Positions 12,376 through 25,186 of a stretch of 55,881 nucleotides of DNA are shown here, piece by piece. Within the stretch, counting starts at the first letter, position 1. The number at the start of each line of letters is the position of its first letter. The DNA comes from Octopus bimaculoides (taxonomy: Eukaryota), in the NCBI RefSeq assembly GCF_001194135.2, contig NC_068991.1:759777-815657 (forward strand), read 5' to 3'. A program made the translations under genes and the position numbers. A model generated the notes under the pieces. It was not told where the DNA came from. It saw nothing but the letters and a program-made list of their open reading frames with translations, and ran no database searches.

Positions 12376-12759
12376 TATTGAACGACGGTGAATGTCTGTG
12401 GTAAAGTCACAAGTCAGAGTATCAAAGGGGAATCACTGGCAAAGTACTTTCAATACAATAGAAAACCCACAAACAAATGAACTCACCACTGGTTGTAAGC
12501 AAGACCAACAAAGATGGAAAATATAACGAAAAATACTGAAAAATAATGATAAAAACAGCATGGAATGCAATTTAATCTGAGGTTTCTATTTTCTAGAGAT
12601 GCTCTGTTGGGTTGTTAGTAGAATACAGTAATTAATGTTGCTTTGTACAATAATAAGATTAAAGAAGATCTGCAGGAAGTTTCTAAGGTTAACGGATCAA
12701 TGGAAAGCAAACTAATCCGTTAATAACTTCAGCGTTGTGCGTAAATCTCTCCGTGGATT

Positions 12760-12900
12760 ATATCCACAGACGAGACAGATTAAAGCTGCTTGGACATCAT
12801 TTTCAACGAATATACTATAGCTAACATTGAAACATCATCGCTTTCTTAAAGTCGATCGGGATCAGCGAAGGGAAAACAACTAGAAAGAAAAAAATACAAG
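12760..12900 (+). mobile_element. RTE-clade LINE C-terminal relic
   Basis: IHRRDRLKLLGHHFQR resembles the IR.RRL...GH..R motif of RTE elements. Confidence 0.4.
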
Positions 12901-15551
12901 TTCGATTCTCGGCTGCAGATATTTTTCATTTGTCAAATGACGCCATTGGAAATAAGTTACAAACATTTGTTTTTTGTTCCTTTCCGTTTTCCAAAAGACT
13001 TTGAGACATATATCACCGCACCCCCACCCCATAGATATCAGTTTACATGACATCAGTACACAATCCTTCGCTAACAACCCAACATTACGGAAAGATTCGT
13101 TCCTGAAAAATCTGCTATAACATGAATCACAAAACATGAAACTTATTTACCATTGACTTTCTTGTTGCATGAGAAGCACATTTCGTATCAAGGAATTTTA
13201 TGATACGGTGAGATATACAAGAATGCCAATACCTTCATCTGAACAGAATCAGGGGGAAGAGAATTAAAAAAAATTTATAGCTGTTTATTAGAATTCTTTG
13301 GTCAATTCAGATCATCGTCGGATATCACCAAACAAATTAGCTTCAAGTTTAACAATGTCACTCGTCAGCGAACTTACGCTCTATATCTCGCCACCTGTCC
13401 ATTGTCATCCGCTTCGCTAATCTTGTGCCCGGATGGATCTGTGAAATCCATACCTGATACAGTCTACAACAAGGACTGGGGTTTGGGAAGTTCTGGCGGA
13501 ATGGGTATATATATATATATATATATATATNNNNNNNNNNNNNNNNNNNNNNNNNNNNNNNNNNNNNNNNNNNNNNNNNNNNNNNNNNNNNNNNNNNNNN
13601 NNNNNNNNNNNNNNNNNNNNNNNNNNNNNNNNNNNNNNNNNNNNNNNNNNNNNNNNNNNNNNNNNNNNNNNNNNNNNNNNNNNNNNNNNNNNNNNNNNNN
13701 NNNNNNNNNNNNNNNNNNNNNNNNNNNNNNNNNNNNNNNNNNNNNNNNNNNNNNNNNNNNNNNNNNNNNNNNNNNNNNNNNNNNNNNNNNNNNNNNNNNN
13801 NNNNNNNNNNNNNNNNNNNNNNNNNNNNNNNNNNNNNNNNNNNNNNNNNNNNNNNNNNNNNNNNNNNNNNNNNNNNNNNNNNNNNNNNNNNNNNNNNNNN
13901 NNNNNNNNNNNNNNNNNNNNNNNNNNNNNNNNNNNNNNNNNNNNNNNNNNNNNNNNNNNNNNNNNNNNNNNNNNNNNNNNNNNNNNNNNNNNNNNNNNNN
14001 NNNNNNNNNNNNNNNNNNNNNNNNNNNNNNNNNNNNNNNNNNNNNNNNNNNNNNNNNNNNNNNNNNNNNNNNNNNNNNNNNNNNNNNNNNNNNNNNNNNN
14101 NNNNNNNNNNNNNNNNNNNNNNNNNNNNNNNNNNNNNNNNNNNNNNNNNNNNNNNNNNNNNNNNNNNNNNNNNNNNNNNNNNNNNNNNNNNNNNNNNNNN
14201 NNNNNNNNNNNNNNNNNNNNNNNNNNNNNNNNNNNNNNNNNNNNNNNNNNNNNNNNNNNNNNNNNNNNNNNNNNNNNNNNNNNNNNNNNNNNNNNNNNNN
14301 NNNNNNNNNNNNNNNNNNNNNNNNNNNNNNNNNNNNNNNNNNNNNNNNNNNNNNNNNNNNNNNNNNNNNNNNNNNNNNNNNNNNNNNNNNNNNNNNNNNN
14401 NNNNNNNNNNNNNNNNNNNTATATATATATATATATATATGATTACATTAGATATACAAATTATCGTCAAAGAAAAATTGCAGCTATTTATTTTCCTAAA
14501 ATGTAATATTTCACTGTTTGATGTTAAACTAAATATTAAGATACAAACTCGACGAAACTAAACAGAAACAGTGTACAGCAACGATCGCAACAGAATGAAT
14601 AACAACAGTTACACCATCAACAGTAAATACACCACAAACAACAACGCGAACAACATCAAAAGCAACCATAATAATAACAACAGCAACATGAAATCACAAA
14701 CATTAAACGAAACCAAAACCAAAATGGCGTATATAATTCATGTGAAGAAATCCTAAGTGTTTGTATTTGGTTGTTTTTATTATAATTTACAGTTAATTGC
14801 ATTGAATTAATCGATCTAATCGGTTAGTTTTTGTAATTTTGAGTAGGCAGTTTAATGAACACATATAATCGCTTAAGATTTTTACTTGTTTCTATTCTTG
14901 TCTTGTCTTCTTCCATTTTTCACTGTTTCCTTCATTTTTCACTCATATTCATTCCAAGTTTCCATGCTTTTCATTTTTCATCGTTTTGCAGTATAATTTC
15001 ATTTATAAAACAACAAATAAGGAATGTATTATCACATTTATTACGGGTAAAATCTAAATAGAGTTAATAATCTTTGGTGGGTATGTATGGAGTTTAAAGT
15101 GTATGTATGTATGTATGTTTTGCATATAACATGCACTATAAAACATTTCCTGCTGTATTTCATAGCGATATGTTACATTCCGGCAGTTTTTCTCCGTTCA
15201 CCAATATCCATTGTTATTGAGGCTACCAAAGAATGTCCATTTTTTTCTTTTCTTTTTTTAATTTTTACCTCAGACTGCAGCCCGTCATTTTCTTGCCCTA
15301 TCCGTCCAACCACACCCGACACCAGATGTAATCAGTCCGAATATTTCGTTTTATTCACAACCTGCTGACCATTTATTCTTAATCCTTAGATTTGATCTTT
15401 ACTTGGAACACGTCATACCTTTTCTTTGTTGATGGAGTTTCTCTCTCTCTCCTTCTGACCGCAAAAATCGCTGTTCAACATTCTTGTCCGAGTCCAATGC
15501 CAACAACAGCAAACATCCTCCATCTTACTACACAGCCTGCTCATCCTATCC

Positions 15552-15900
15552 CTAGATGAAGGTCTTCACACTCTCATCTTCGTGACTCACACCAATCCTT
15601 AATTCCCTCCAATTTAACGCTCTTCCTTTCATGTGTCCCCACAAAATTAGCTTCTTAAAGAACCATCGAGTCAACAGCCAAGTGGTGCCACTCCAGTCAG
15701 ACCAAAATGGTGCTGCATTATTGCAATATGGCTTTGAAATGCCAGCACATTCTTCAAATGCACCATTAGTCTTTAATCTTTGGTCCCATTTCGAGGTCTG
15801 GGGATTTGGTCTTCAGTTTCCACTTCTGCTTTGCTTTTTTTCAGCCTCGTTCTAAAGAGGGTGCAACACGGTGCAACATGTGCAACCTGGTGCAACTTGG
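15552..15900 (-). mobile_element. Possible Tc1/mariner catalytic-domain relic, with GTGCAAC x4 at its right edge
   Basis: Stop-free minus frame 15812->15552 without Met contains LLTRWFF...ILWGHMKGRALNWREL, resembling DLTP.DFFLWG.LK..V...N..EL. GTGCAAC at 15861, 15871, 15880, 15890. Confidence 0.3.
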
Positions 15901-17430
15901 TGGCGATCCCCATTACATTGACACAGCTGGATATTTAGTGCATTAGCAAATATATGCAAGAAATGCGTATGTCGCTATGCATATTCTGGGAAGTTGTTTT
16001 GCATATAACCAAAAAGAAAGAAAGAGAGGGACAGAGAAAAAGACAGAGGGAGAGAGAGAGAGAGAGAGAGAAAGAGGCAGACAGAACGAAGAAAGTGAGA
16101 AAAAGAAATAGGGAGAAAGACTTAGACAAGGACAAATACGTATACATGCTTTCGTACATCGTTACATATACAAACAGGTGCATTCACACTCAAGCACCCG
16201 CACACACACATTCACTCGCACACACACACACACACACACNNNNNNNNNNNNNNNNNNNNNNNNNNNNNNNNNNNNNNNNNNNNNNNNNNNNNNNNNNNNN
16301 NNNNNNNNNNNNNNNNNNNNNNNNNNNNNNNNNNNNNNNNNNNNNNNNNNNNNNNNNNNNNNNNNNNNNNNNNNNNNNNNNNNNNNNNNNNNNNNNNNNN
16401 NNNNNNNNNNNNNNNNNNNNNNNNNNNNNNNNNNNNNNNNNNNNNNNNNNNNNNNNNNNNNNNNNNNNNNNNNNNNNNNNNNNNNNNNNNNNNNNNNNNN
16501 NNNNNNNNNNNNNNNNNNNNNNNNNNNNNNNNNNNNNNNNNNNNNNNNNNNNNNNNNNNNNNNNNNNNNNNNNNNNNNNNNNNNNNNNNNNNNNNNNNNN
16601 NNNNNNNNNNNNNNNNNNNNNNNNNNNNNNNNNNNNNNNNNNNNNNNNNNNNNNNNNNNNNNNNNNNNNNNNNNNNNNNNNNNNNNNNNNNNNNNNNNNN
16701 NNNNNNNNNNNNNNNNNNNNNNNNNNNNNNNNNNNNNNNNNNNNNNNNNNNNNNNNNNNNNNNNNNNNNNNNNNNNNNNNNNNNNNNNNNNNNNNNNNNN
16801 NNTATATATATATACATAATAGAATCCGATCTAATTAAGCCAATCGTATCGATAGAGCTTCCAAACAATCTTCATATTTTCCCAACAGCTTAGCTTTCAC
16901 GCGGCTCTTCGCCCCCGCATCGAACGACAAGCAATGTGCTCCTGATGTGGCTATGATACAGCGGGTGTGCTTTTCTTACTATTACTGAATGTGTGTACCA
17001 ACTGTTGTGCATTTTGCAAACACTGTGCACTCTGCACTATGCAGTATATACAACTTCAGTAGGCGGTTATCAATAACAACGATCTCTTCGTTGCTGTTTC
17101 CAGTTCGTATCTTGCCATACAGCAAATAACATTTCTTATAGTCTTCCTGAACCTCTCTTTCTCTCACTCTCTCATAAATATAGCCTCTTTCCCTTCTCTC
17201 TCTCTCTCTCTCTCTCACCTCCTCTCCTTTATTTCTGCTCCCTCTCTCCTTCTCTCACATATACATACAGTCTCTCCCTTCTCTACTCACACACACACGC
17301 TTTACTCTTTCTCTCCCCCTCTCTCTTCCTCTCCTTCTACTCCTCCCTTCCTCTTGCATTTCATTATGCTTCTTTAGATTTCTTTTTCAGTTTCTCTCTC
17401 ACCCGTACAACACTAATCACTCTCTCTTTC

Positions 17431-17499
<69 letters not shown>

Positions 17500-17651
17500 A
17501 TACACACACGGTGCGCGGACACACACACAGACACACACGCACACACACGCACACACACGCACACATACACACACAAGCACACACACACGCGCGCNNNNNN
17601 NNNNNNNNNNNNNNNNNNNNNNNNNNNNNNNNNNNNNNNNNNNNNNNNNNN

Positions 17652-17707
<56 letters not shown>

Positions 17708-18573
17708 TATATATATACAGTATTGTAGATCCGTTTCAGCCTATCCTACTAATCTGTTTCATACTGGATATTAAATAACTAGGTGGTTAACTAACACCAT
17801 GTACTCTTCAGAGATAGCCGGCGTGTAAAAAACATTTTATCTGTTCTCTGTTATTGTAGGTGAAAAAAAACCATTGCATCCGGTTTGTGGATGCTGGGAA
17901 AGAATTGGAAATGAAGTTGCAAGAAAGAAATTATCGGAAGATTTACCACGAAATTTATACCTTTGACCCAAAATATCTGAGATGGCTGTGAAGGATCAAG
18001 AGTCTGGTGGGTGAAAATATATGCAGAGGATTTGAGGGAATGGTGTGTGTGCAGGGTTGGTGTAGATTCTTTTCGGAGGAGGTGAGATTAAATCGCAAAT
18101 TTAGGTGCATATTCGCATGCGTTCATCTGTGCGTATCTTGGCTAAAACTTTGCTGGGTTCTCAAGTTAAGACGGTCGGGGAACGGAAAGTGGAGATCCTG
18201 TTGACCCTAACCAGGAGCAAATAGCTTCACTCAGCCGGGTTGCGTTGTCTGGTCAGATGGCAAGAATATCGGGTACCGACACCCCTACACGGAACCTTGA
18301 TATTCAATAGTCTATTAATATTGTTTAGGTACACGGATTATACCGACTTAGCAAGGTACCTCAATTTAAGTACCGAATTCAACGGAATCTTAACTACATA
18401 TGTCTGTGTGTGTATACACATATATATATACACACGTATAGGTATATATATGTGTGTGTGCGCGTGAAGATAGATAGATAGATAGATAGATAGGGAGAGA
18501 GAGAGACAAAAACATATATACATATTTTTTACAAGTATATATATATATATATATATATATATANNNNNNNNNN

Positions 18574-18606
<33 letters not shown>

Positions 18607-18608
18607 CC

Positions 18609-18646
<38 letters not shown>

Positions 18647-18794
18647 GGTGAGAGAGGAAGAAAGGGAGAAAGAACATGCAACATTCAACTGTAAGAAGGG
18701 AGTCAACTGTTACTCCAGCATTGGCTGTTTCTTCTTGGCTAAAATGCATCAAAGAACACATACATGTTCACATACACACATTCGCATACGCACA

Positions 18795-18841
<47 letters not shown>

Positions 18842-19078
18842 ACAGATTTATTTCATAAACCAATCTAATTGAATTAACTTCTATAAAGATGAGGAGTAAA
18901 AGTGCAAAGGAATGATAGAGTAGGGGGGAGGGGATTGAGTGATAGTGAGAGAGATAAAAAGATAGAGAGAGCTAGCTAGAGGGAGAGAGGGAGAGAGAGA
19001 TGGGAGAGGCAGAGTGAGAGTTAGCGTGAGAAAGAGACACAGAAACAGATGAACTGGCGGGACTTCTGATTTAACTTC

Positions 19079-19092
19079 GTTACTATAGCAAC
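19079..19092. promoter_or_regulatory. RFX X-box motif
   Basis: GTTACTATAGCAAC is a near-perfect palindrome matching the GTYNCY-AT-RGNAAC consensus. An E2F-like GGCGGGA lies about 20 bp upstream, and a GA-rich tract lies upstream of that. Confidence 0.55.
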
Positions 19093-19324
19093 AGCACAGC
19101 TTGTTTTCCGTTAAATTAAAACATATTCAAAGCACACCTCCTCCTACCAACACCTGCAACAATGGGATGGTCATGGTAGGAAAACTTTTGATCAATGGTT
19201 GGCACCAAGATTATGTTGTTCATAAAAGGAACGCTTCCAGAACTTTCTCGACTGGAGAGCCACGGGAAGCCGCTCGGTCAGCCACTCTTTTCGACCTATT
19301 CAATCTACTCACACCTCCACAAAT

Positions 19325-19401
<77 letters not shown>

Positions 19402-19840
19402 GAGCATACATTCTTCCAGTATTCTCCAGAACGCAACCCATTCGAACCGTTTGAAGAATCATCTGGAAAACCTGGCGCCGAACCAGCAAAACAACAACAG
19501 ACTTCAACTTGCATCCAACAAACCCCGTCTTCTTAACAATAGCATCAGAAAATATGAAATACAACCAACAATTACCTCAACTTTATTCAATTAATGACAT
19601 CATCATTGTCGTCATCATTAACAACAACGTCATTATCAATGACAACATTAACGACCAACTCGTTACCAATGACACCAAAATCCAACGAAGCCCTCACACT
19701 CAACAACATAAATATAACACAAACACACACTCACATGCACGCACTCGCACAAACACACAGGTGTCAAAAATACAAAATTCAACGACGACATTTTCAACAT
19801 TAAGAGGAGACGGTAAACATTAAAACAACACATTTTAATT

Positions 19841-19878
19841 ATGCAATATCGTTGCACCTGTGTGCAACGATATTGCAT
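19841..19878. other. Perfect 17-bp inverted repeat with a 4-nt loop
   Basis: ATGCAATATCGTTGCAC-CTGT-GTGCAACGATATTGCAT. Confidence 0.95.
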
Positions 19879-19911
19879 CATATTATCTGAGACACGGTAA
19901 CGTCATCAAAG

Positions 19912-19985
19912 ATGAAGGATATTTTCAATGCCAGGTTTTATAATGAAGAAGAAATGACAAGAGACAAGCCAGCAGCTTCGACAAG
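19912..19985 (+). CDS. Candidate first coding exon of an unidentified gene (MKDIFNARFYNEEEMTRDKPAAST, phase-2 donor)
   Basis: ATG in CAAAG-ATG-A context, 24 open codons, donor AAG|GTAGGA at 19986, then a microsatellite-rich intron-like sequence. No homolog recognised. Confidence 0.3.
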
Positions 19986-20199
19986 GTAGGAAGCACTCAA
20001 TAGATATCAGGTTTTGTGAGTTTTGATTATAAACCGACCCTAATCAAATAAAAGAGGAAGAAATAAAGAGAGCAACGAAATCAATAGACGGCGAGGAGGA
20101 GGAGGAGTAAATGTGTGCCATTACACTAACCACAAACAATATCTTCTTACAAACATACGATGAAAACAAATACAGATGTATCGACATCTATCTATCTAC

Positions 20200-20231
<32 letters not shown>

Positions 20232-21192
20232 NNNNNNNNNNNNNNNNNNNNNNNNNNNNNNNNNNNNNNNNNNNNNNNNNNNNNNNNNNNNNNNNNNNNN
20301 NNNNNNNNNNNNNNNNNNNNNNNNNNNNNNNNNNNNNNNNNNNNNNNNNNNNNNNNNNNNNNNNNNNNNNNNNNNNNNNNNNNNNNNNNNNNNNNNNNNN
20401 NNNNNNNNNNNNNNNNNNNNNNNNNNNNNNNNNNNNNNNNNNNNNNNNNNNNNNNNNNNNNNNNNNNNNNNNNNNNNNNNNNNNNNNNNNNNNNNNNNNN
20501 NNNNNNNNNNNNNNNNNNNNNNNNNNNNNNNNNNNNNNNNNNNNNNNNNNNNNNNNNNNNNNNNNNNNNNNNNNNNNNNNNNNNNNNNNNNNNNNNNNNN
20601 NNNNNNNNNNNNNNNNNNNNNNNNNNNNNNNNNNNNNNNNNNNNNNNNNNNNNNNNNNNNNNNNNNNNNNNNNNNNNNNNNNNNNNNNNNNNNNNNNNNN
20701 NNNNNNNNNNNNNNNNNNNNNNNNNNNNNNNNNNNNNNNNNNNNNNNNNNNNNNNNNNNNNNNNNNNNNNNNNNNNNNNNNNNNNNNNNNNNNNNNNNNN
20801 NNNNNNNNNNNNNNNNNNNNNNNNNNNNNNNNNNNNNNNNNNNNNNNNNNNNNNNNNNNNNNNNNNNNNNNNNNNNNNNNNNNNNNNNNNNNNNNNNNNN
20901 NNNNNNNNNNNNNNNNNNNNNNNNNNNNNNNNNNNNNNNNNNNNNNNNNNNNNNNNNNNNNNNNNNNNNNNNNNNNNNNNNNNNNNNNNNNNNNNNNNNN
21001 NNNNNNNNNNNNNNNNNNNNNNNNNNNNNNNNNNNNNNNNNNNNNNNNNNNNNNNNNNNNNNNNNNNNNNNNNNNNNNNNNNNNNNNNNNNNNNNNNNNN
21101 NNNNNNNNNNNNNNNNNNNNNNNNNNNNNNNNNNNNNNNNNNNNNNNNNNNNNNNNNNNNNNNNNNNNNNNNNNNNNNNNNNNNNNNNNNNN

Positions 21193-21241
<49 letters not shown>

Positions 21242-21409
21242 ATACATATGTATATATATGTGTATATATATATATAAATATATAGAAAGAGAGAGACAGA
21301 TAGATAGATAAACAGATGTTACAGTCGCATGTCCAAGTGCAAATACAAAAATAAATTCACACACACACATATAATACATAATATATATGTGTGTGTATGT
21401 GTATATATG

Positions 21410-21441
<32 letters not shown>

Positions 21442-21797
21442 TATATACATATATAAATGTTTATACACACACTCGCGCGCACACACACACACACACCACA
21501 CACACACATATATCTCTTATATGTGTGTATGGGTTTGTGTGTGTATGTGTGTACGTATAGCTGTATTTAAGCGAATGCATGTGTCTTCCCCCCATGGCCG
21601 TGTCTGAATGTCAGCGTGTAGTTGTACGAGGAAGCGAAAAACGAGACTTTATTTCGGTAATTTAATCTCTGTATGGAAGCTTTCGTCATGTAAAGAGGCA
21701 TTTCCTTGGTAAGATCCAAGCTGAAACTGCGTGTGCGCCAGTTGTTAAGACTTGCTTGGCGTCACAGTTGCCATTGGGAACACTAGATCACATTTGA

Positions 21798-21844
21798 CAA
21801 CAACAACAACAACAACAGCAACAACAACAACAACAACAACAACA

Positions 21845-21935
<91 letters not shown>

Positions 21936-21960
21936 ATGATTATGATAATTATTATTATTA
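21798..21960. repeat. Compound trinucleotide array (ACA)n-(AAT)n-(GAT)n-(ATT)n
   Basis: Read directly. Confidence 0.97.
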
Positions 21961-22068
21961 TAATTTGCTTGAAAGGCATGTCGGCTACGGTAAGTACTTA
22001 ATTCACCTCCTACACAAAAGAGTGGAATGAAACCAATGTTTATGGAATGCATTTATTAGTATTATTAA

Positions 22069-22117
<49 letters not shown>

Positions 22118-22397
22118 ATAGTACAGTTACAAAACAGAGTGGTCACGTCCTGGCTATGTTAAGTGCAAACTATATATATATAGAAATAACTGGATGACTA
22201 TTCTAGTAGACGAAAGAACCAACACAATGAGATAACGGCTAACTGTCATCTCCAGCTACTTTTAGCAATTATTGGCGGCGCTTCCTTCTTTTATTTTGAC
22301 ATTGCTTAAGCTTTATATTAGATTTACGACCGTTTTAAAACTAATGTATGCATAATCACATTAAAAGACACATATGTATGAGTGTGTGTGTGTATGC

Positions 22398-22440
<43 letters not shown>

Positions 22441-23623
22441 TATGTGTGTGTGTATTTCGAATAATAGATAAATGTGTATTAATGAGTATGTATAGACATA
22501 TATAGACACACACATTAACATATATATATATATATATATGCACACAAAATTTTATATATATATATATATATATATGCAATCTTTTAATCCATAGCAAACT
22601 AGCAAACACTTTGTATTTCGTCTGTGAAGTACCACTAAGCAATATGCAGAATCTGTTATTCTTCAAGAAACGCTGAAAGTCACTGCAAGAAAATCGGTGA
22701 ATTAACACGAAATCGACACAAACTCTGTTGCCGAACAAATTGTATAAAGTTCTCAGAAATCTAATTTCAAACGAGGCTTGAATGATATTTTTCAAGGAAT
22801 GATAACGAGCACTTGACAGTTAGTTTCTTGATATTGGCTTCCGTTCCAAGACATTCAACTGACAAAAGCAGTTGAAGTTTGACTGAATCGTGTCAACAAT
22901 TGAACTTGGTTTTAATGTTCCGCAAAAATACTTGAAATATTAGCACAAAACCTTTTTAATCGACGCTTTTTATGTTTGTTCAACGGTTTAGATTAATTGT
23001 TAGATTAATCATTAATAATTACTTTGTGAGACATGTGGAAGAAATGGGAGACGGATTAAATATCACGGTATTTAATTATAATTAATTACGTACGTTCTGA
23101 ATTCAAAATCTGCCGTGATTGTCATTAAATTTCATTCCGCTAATTTCGATGAAATAGCTGTGTGGTTCGTTTTGTAGTTTGTCAAACTGTAAAACGGAAG
23201 TTTTTTTTAGCCACTTCCTGTATATTAATAGCGTATATTCCATACACCACGGAGGGATCAGATGCAAAGCTACCTACGGTGAGTTTCGAACTCATCATAT
23301 ACTGGATGGTACGTGAGAGACTTAGTCACAGACCTTTCACCTTTTGGCAACTGATTAGACATGTAATCCTTCTAATACTCTTTTGAATTACATTCAAATT
23401 TAATATATCTGCACTCATGTGGCACCTTCTGGCTATTTCCGTTAATCGGCCTCTCACATCATGTGGCGAGATTAGAAATTTGAATTTTAAATTAACTAAT
23501 ACGAGGAAGGCGATGCATATTTTAATCTATTTGTTGTCGGTCATAATTATGTATAGTACTGTTTTATTCATTTTGGAAATCGTCAGCATTATTTAACTGG
23601 TAACTAATTAAATAAATATATTA

Positions 23624-23626
<3 letters not shown>

Positions 23627-23705
<79 letters not shown>
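23627..23705. repeat. (AG)n microsatellite
   Basis: Read directly. Confidence 0.99.
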
Positions 23706-23715
<10 letters not shown>

Positions 23716-25150
23716 GAGACTAACAGACAGACAGATTGACATTATTTCAAAATATTTCTCGGGGAATTCTAACTCTTGAAAATGTCCAAAAGCAGACAAC
23801 AGTTTCAATGTTAACAACTAACGATTTCACAAGACATTCTCGATAAACTGTTGGAGGTGTAGATAACTGTTCAGGCCGTTATCATCCACAGATAATCCAT
23901 CACATACATAGGTATATATGTATATGCATACATACATACGCATATAGATAAGTGTGTGTATATACATACATATCCATTTTGAATACGTTCTGGCAAATTC
24001 CAATGTCTAGCTGATGTTTGTGTAAGGAGGAATTTGAGACACTGTGGTGTTTCGGCCTTATTGTATGTCTCCCCAGGTCAATGTATCCAACAAAAGCTTT
24101 ATGTATTTGCATCGTTCATTCACTCAACTCGTATAAAAATATAACACAACGTAAACAATATAACGAACACGACAAAAACAACGCAAGAGAATTCATATTA
24201 AAATAGATATTTATATACACTCACCTAAGGGTTGATACACTCACCTGTCGTATCTTACACGGTTTTCATCAATGAAAGAACAGCTACATTTAGCGAATTC
24301 GTTTCATTCCTACAAACTCTGTGTGTGTATGTGGTGGTGGTGGGTATTTAAATACATTTATTTGCCTATATTTTGAACAGTTTGTCATAACTCTGATTTG
24401 CTCCAGCTTGGTATGGTTTATTAAATATTTTTTTCATATTACGTTAATAGTTCTTTACAATTTCTATGGTACCTTACATACATATAATTGTATATACATG
24501 CATACATACATACATACATACATACATACATNNNNNNNNNNNNNNNNNNNNNNNNNNNNNNNNNNNNNNNNNNNNNNNNNNNNNNNNNNNNNNNNNNNNN
24601 NNNNNNNNNNNNNNNNNNNNNNNNNNNNNNNNNNNNNNNNNNNNNNNNNNNNNNNNNNNNNNNNNNNNNNNNNNNNNNNNNNNNNNNNNNNNNNNNNNNN
24701 NNNNNNNNNNNNNNNNNNNNNNNNNNNNNNNNNNNNNNNNNNNNNNNNNNNNNNNNNNNNNNNNNNNNNNNNNNNNNNNNNNNNNNNNNNNNNNNNNNNN
24801 NNNNNNNNNNNNNNNNNNNNNNNNNNNNNNNNNNNNNNNNNNNNNNNNNNNNNNNNNNNNNNNNNNNNNNNNNNNNNNNNNNNNNNNNNNATATATATAC
24901 ATACATATATGTATGTATATATGTATGTACGTATGTATATGCATGTAAGTATGTTGTTGTTCTTCAAGCAATGTGAATTCTTGTGAACCAGACTCTCTTA
25001 TTTGCTTAGAGTTCTGAATCTACTTGGTCTTTATTGATGTTATTGTTGTGGTCATGATGATGATGATGATGATGATGGTCATCGTTATTCTCATTACCAT
25101 TCCCTCCATCATCTTTCTCCTCTTCCTTCTCATCGTCATCATCGTCGTTA

Positions 25151-25186
<36 letters not shown>

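Noticed and set aside
5912-19985. NARFY..MT..KP similarity between an alternate frame of the H4 relic and the 19912 exon
   Set aside because: A 5-residue match is expected by chance in six frames of 56 kb, and the 5.9 kb sequence is explained by H4 in another frame.
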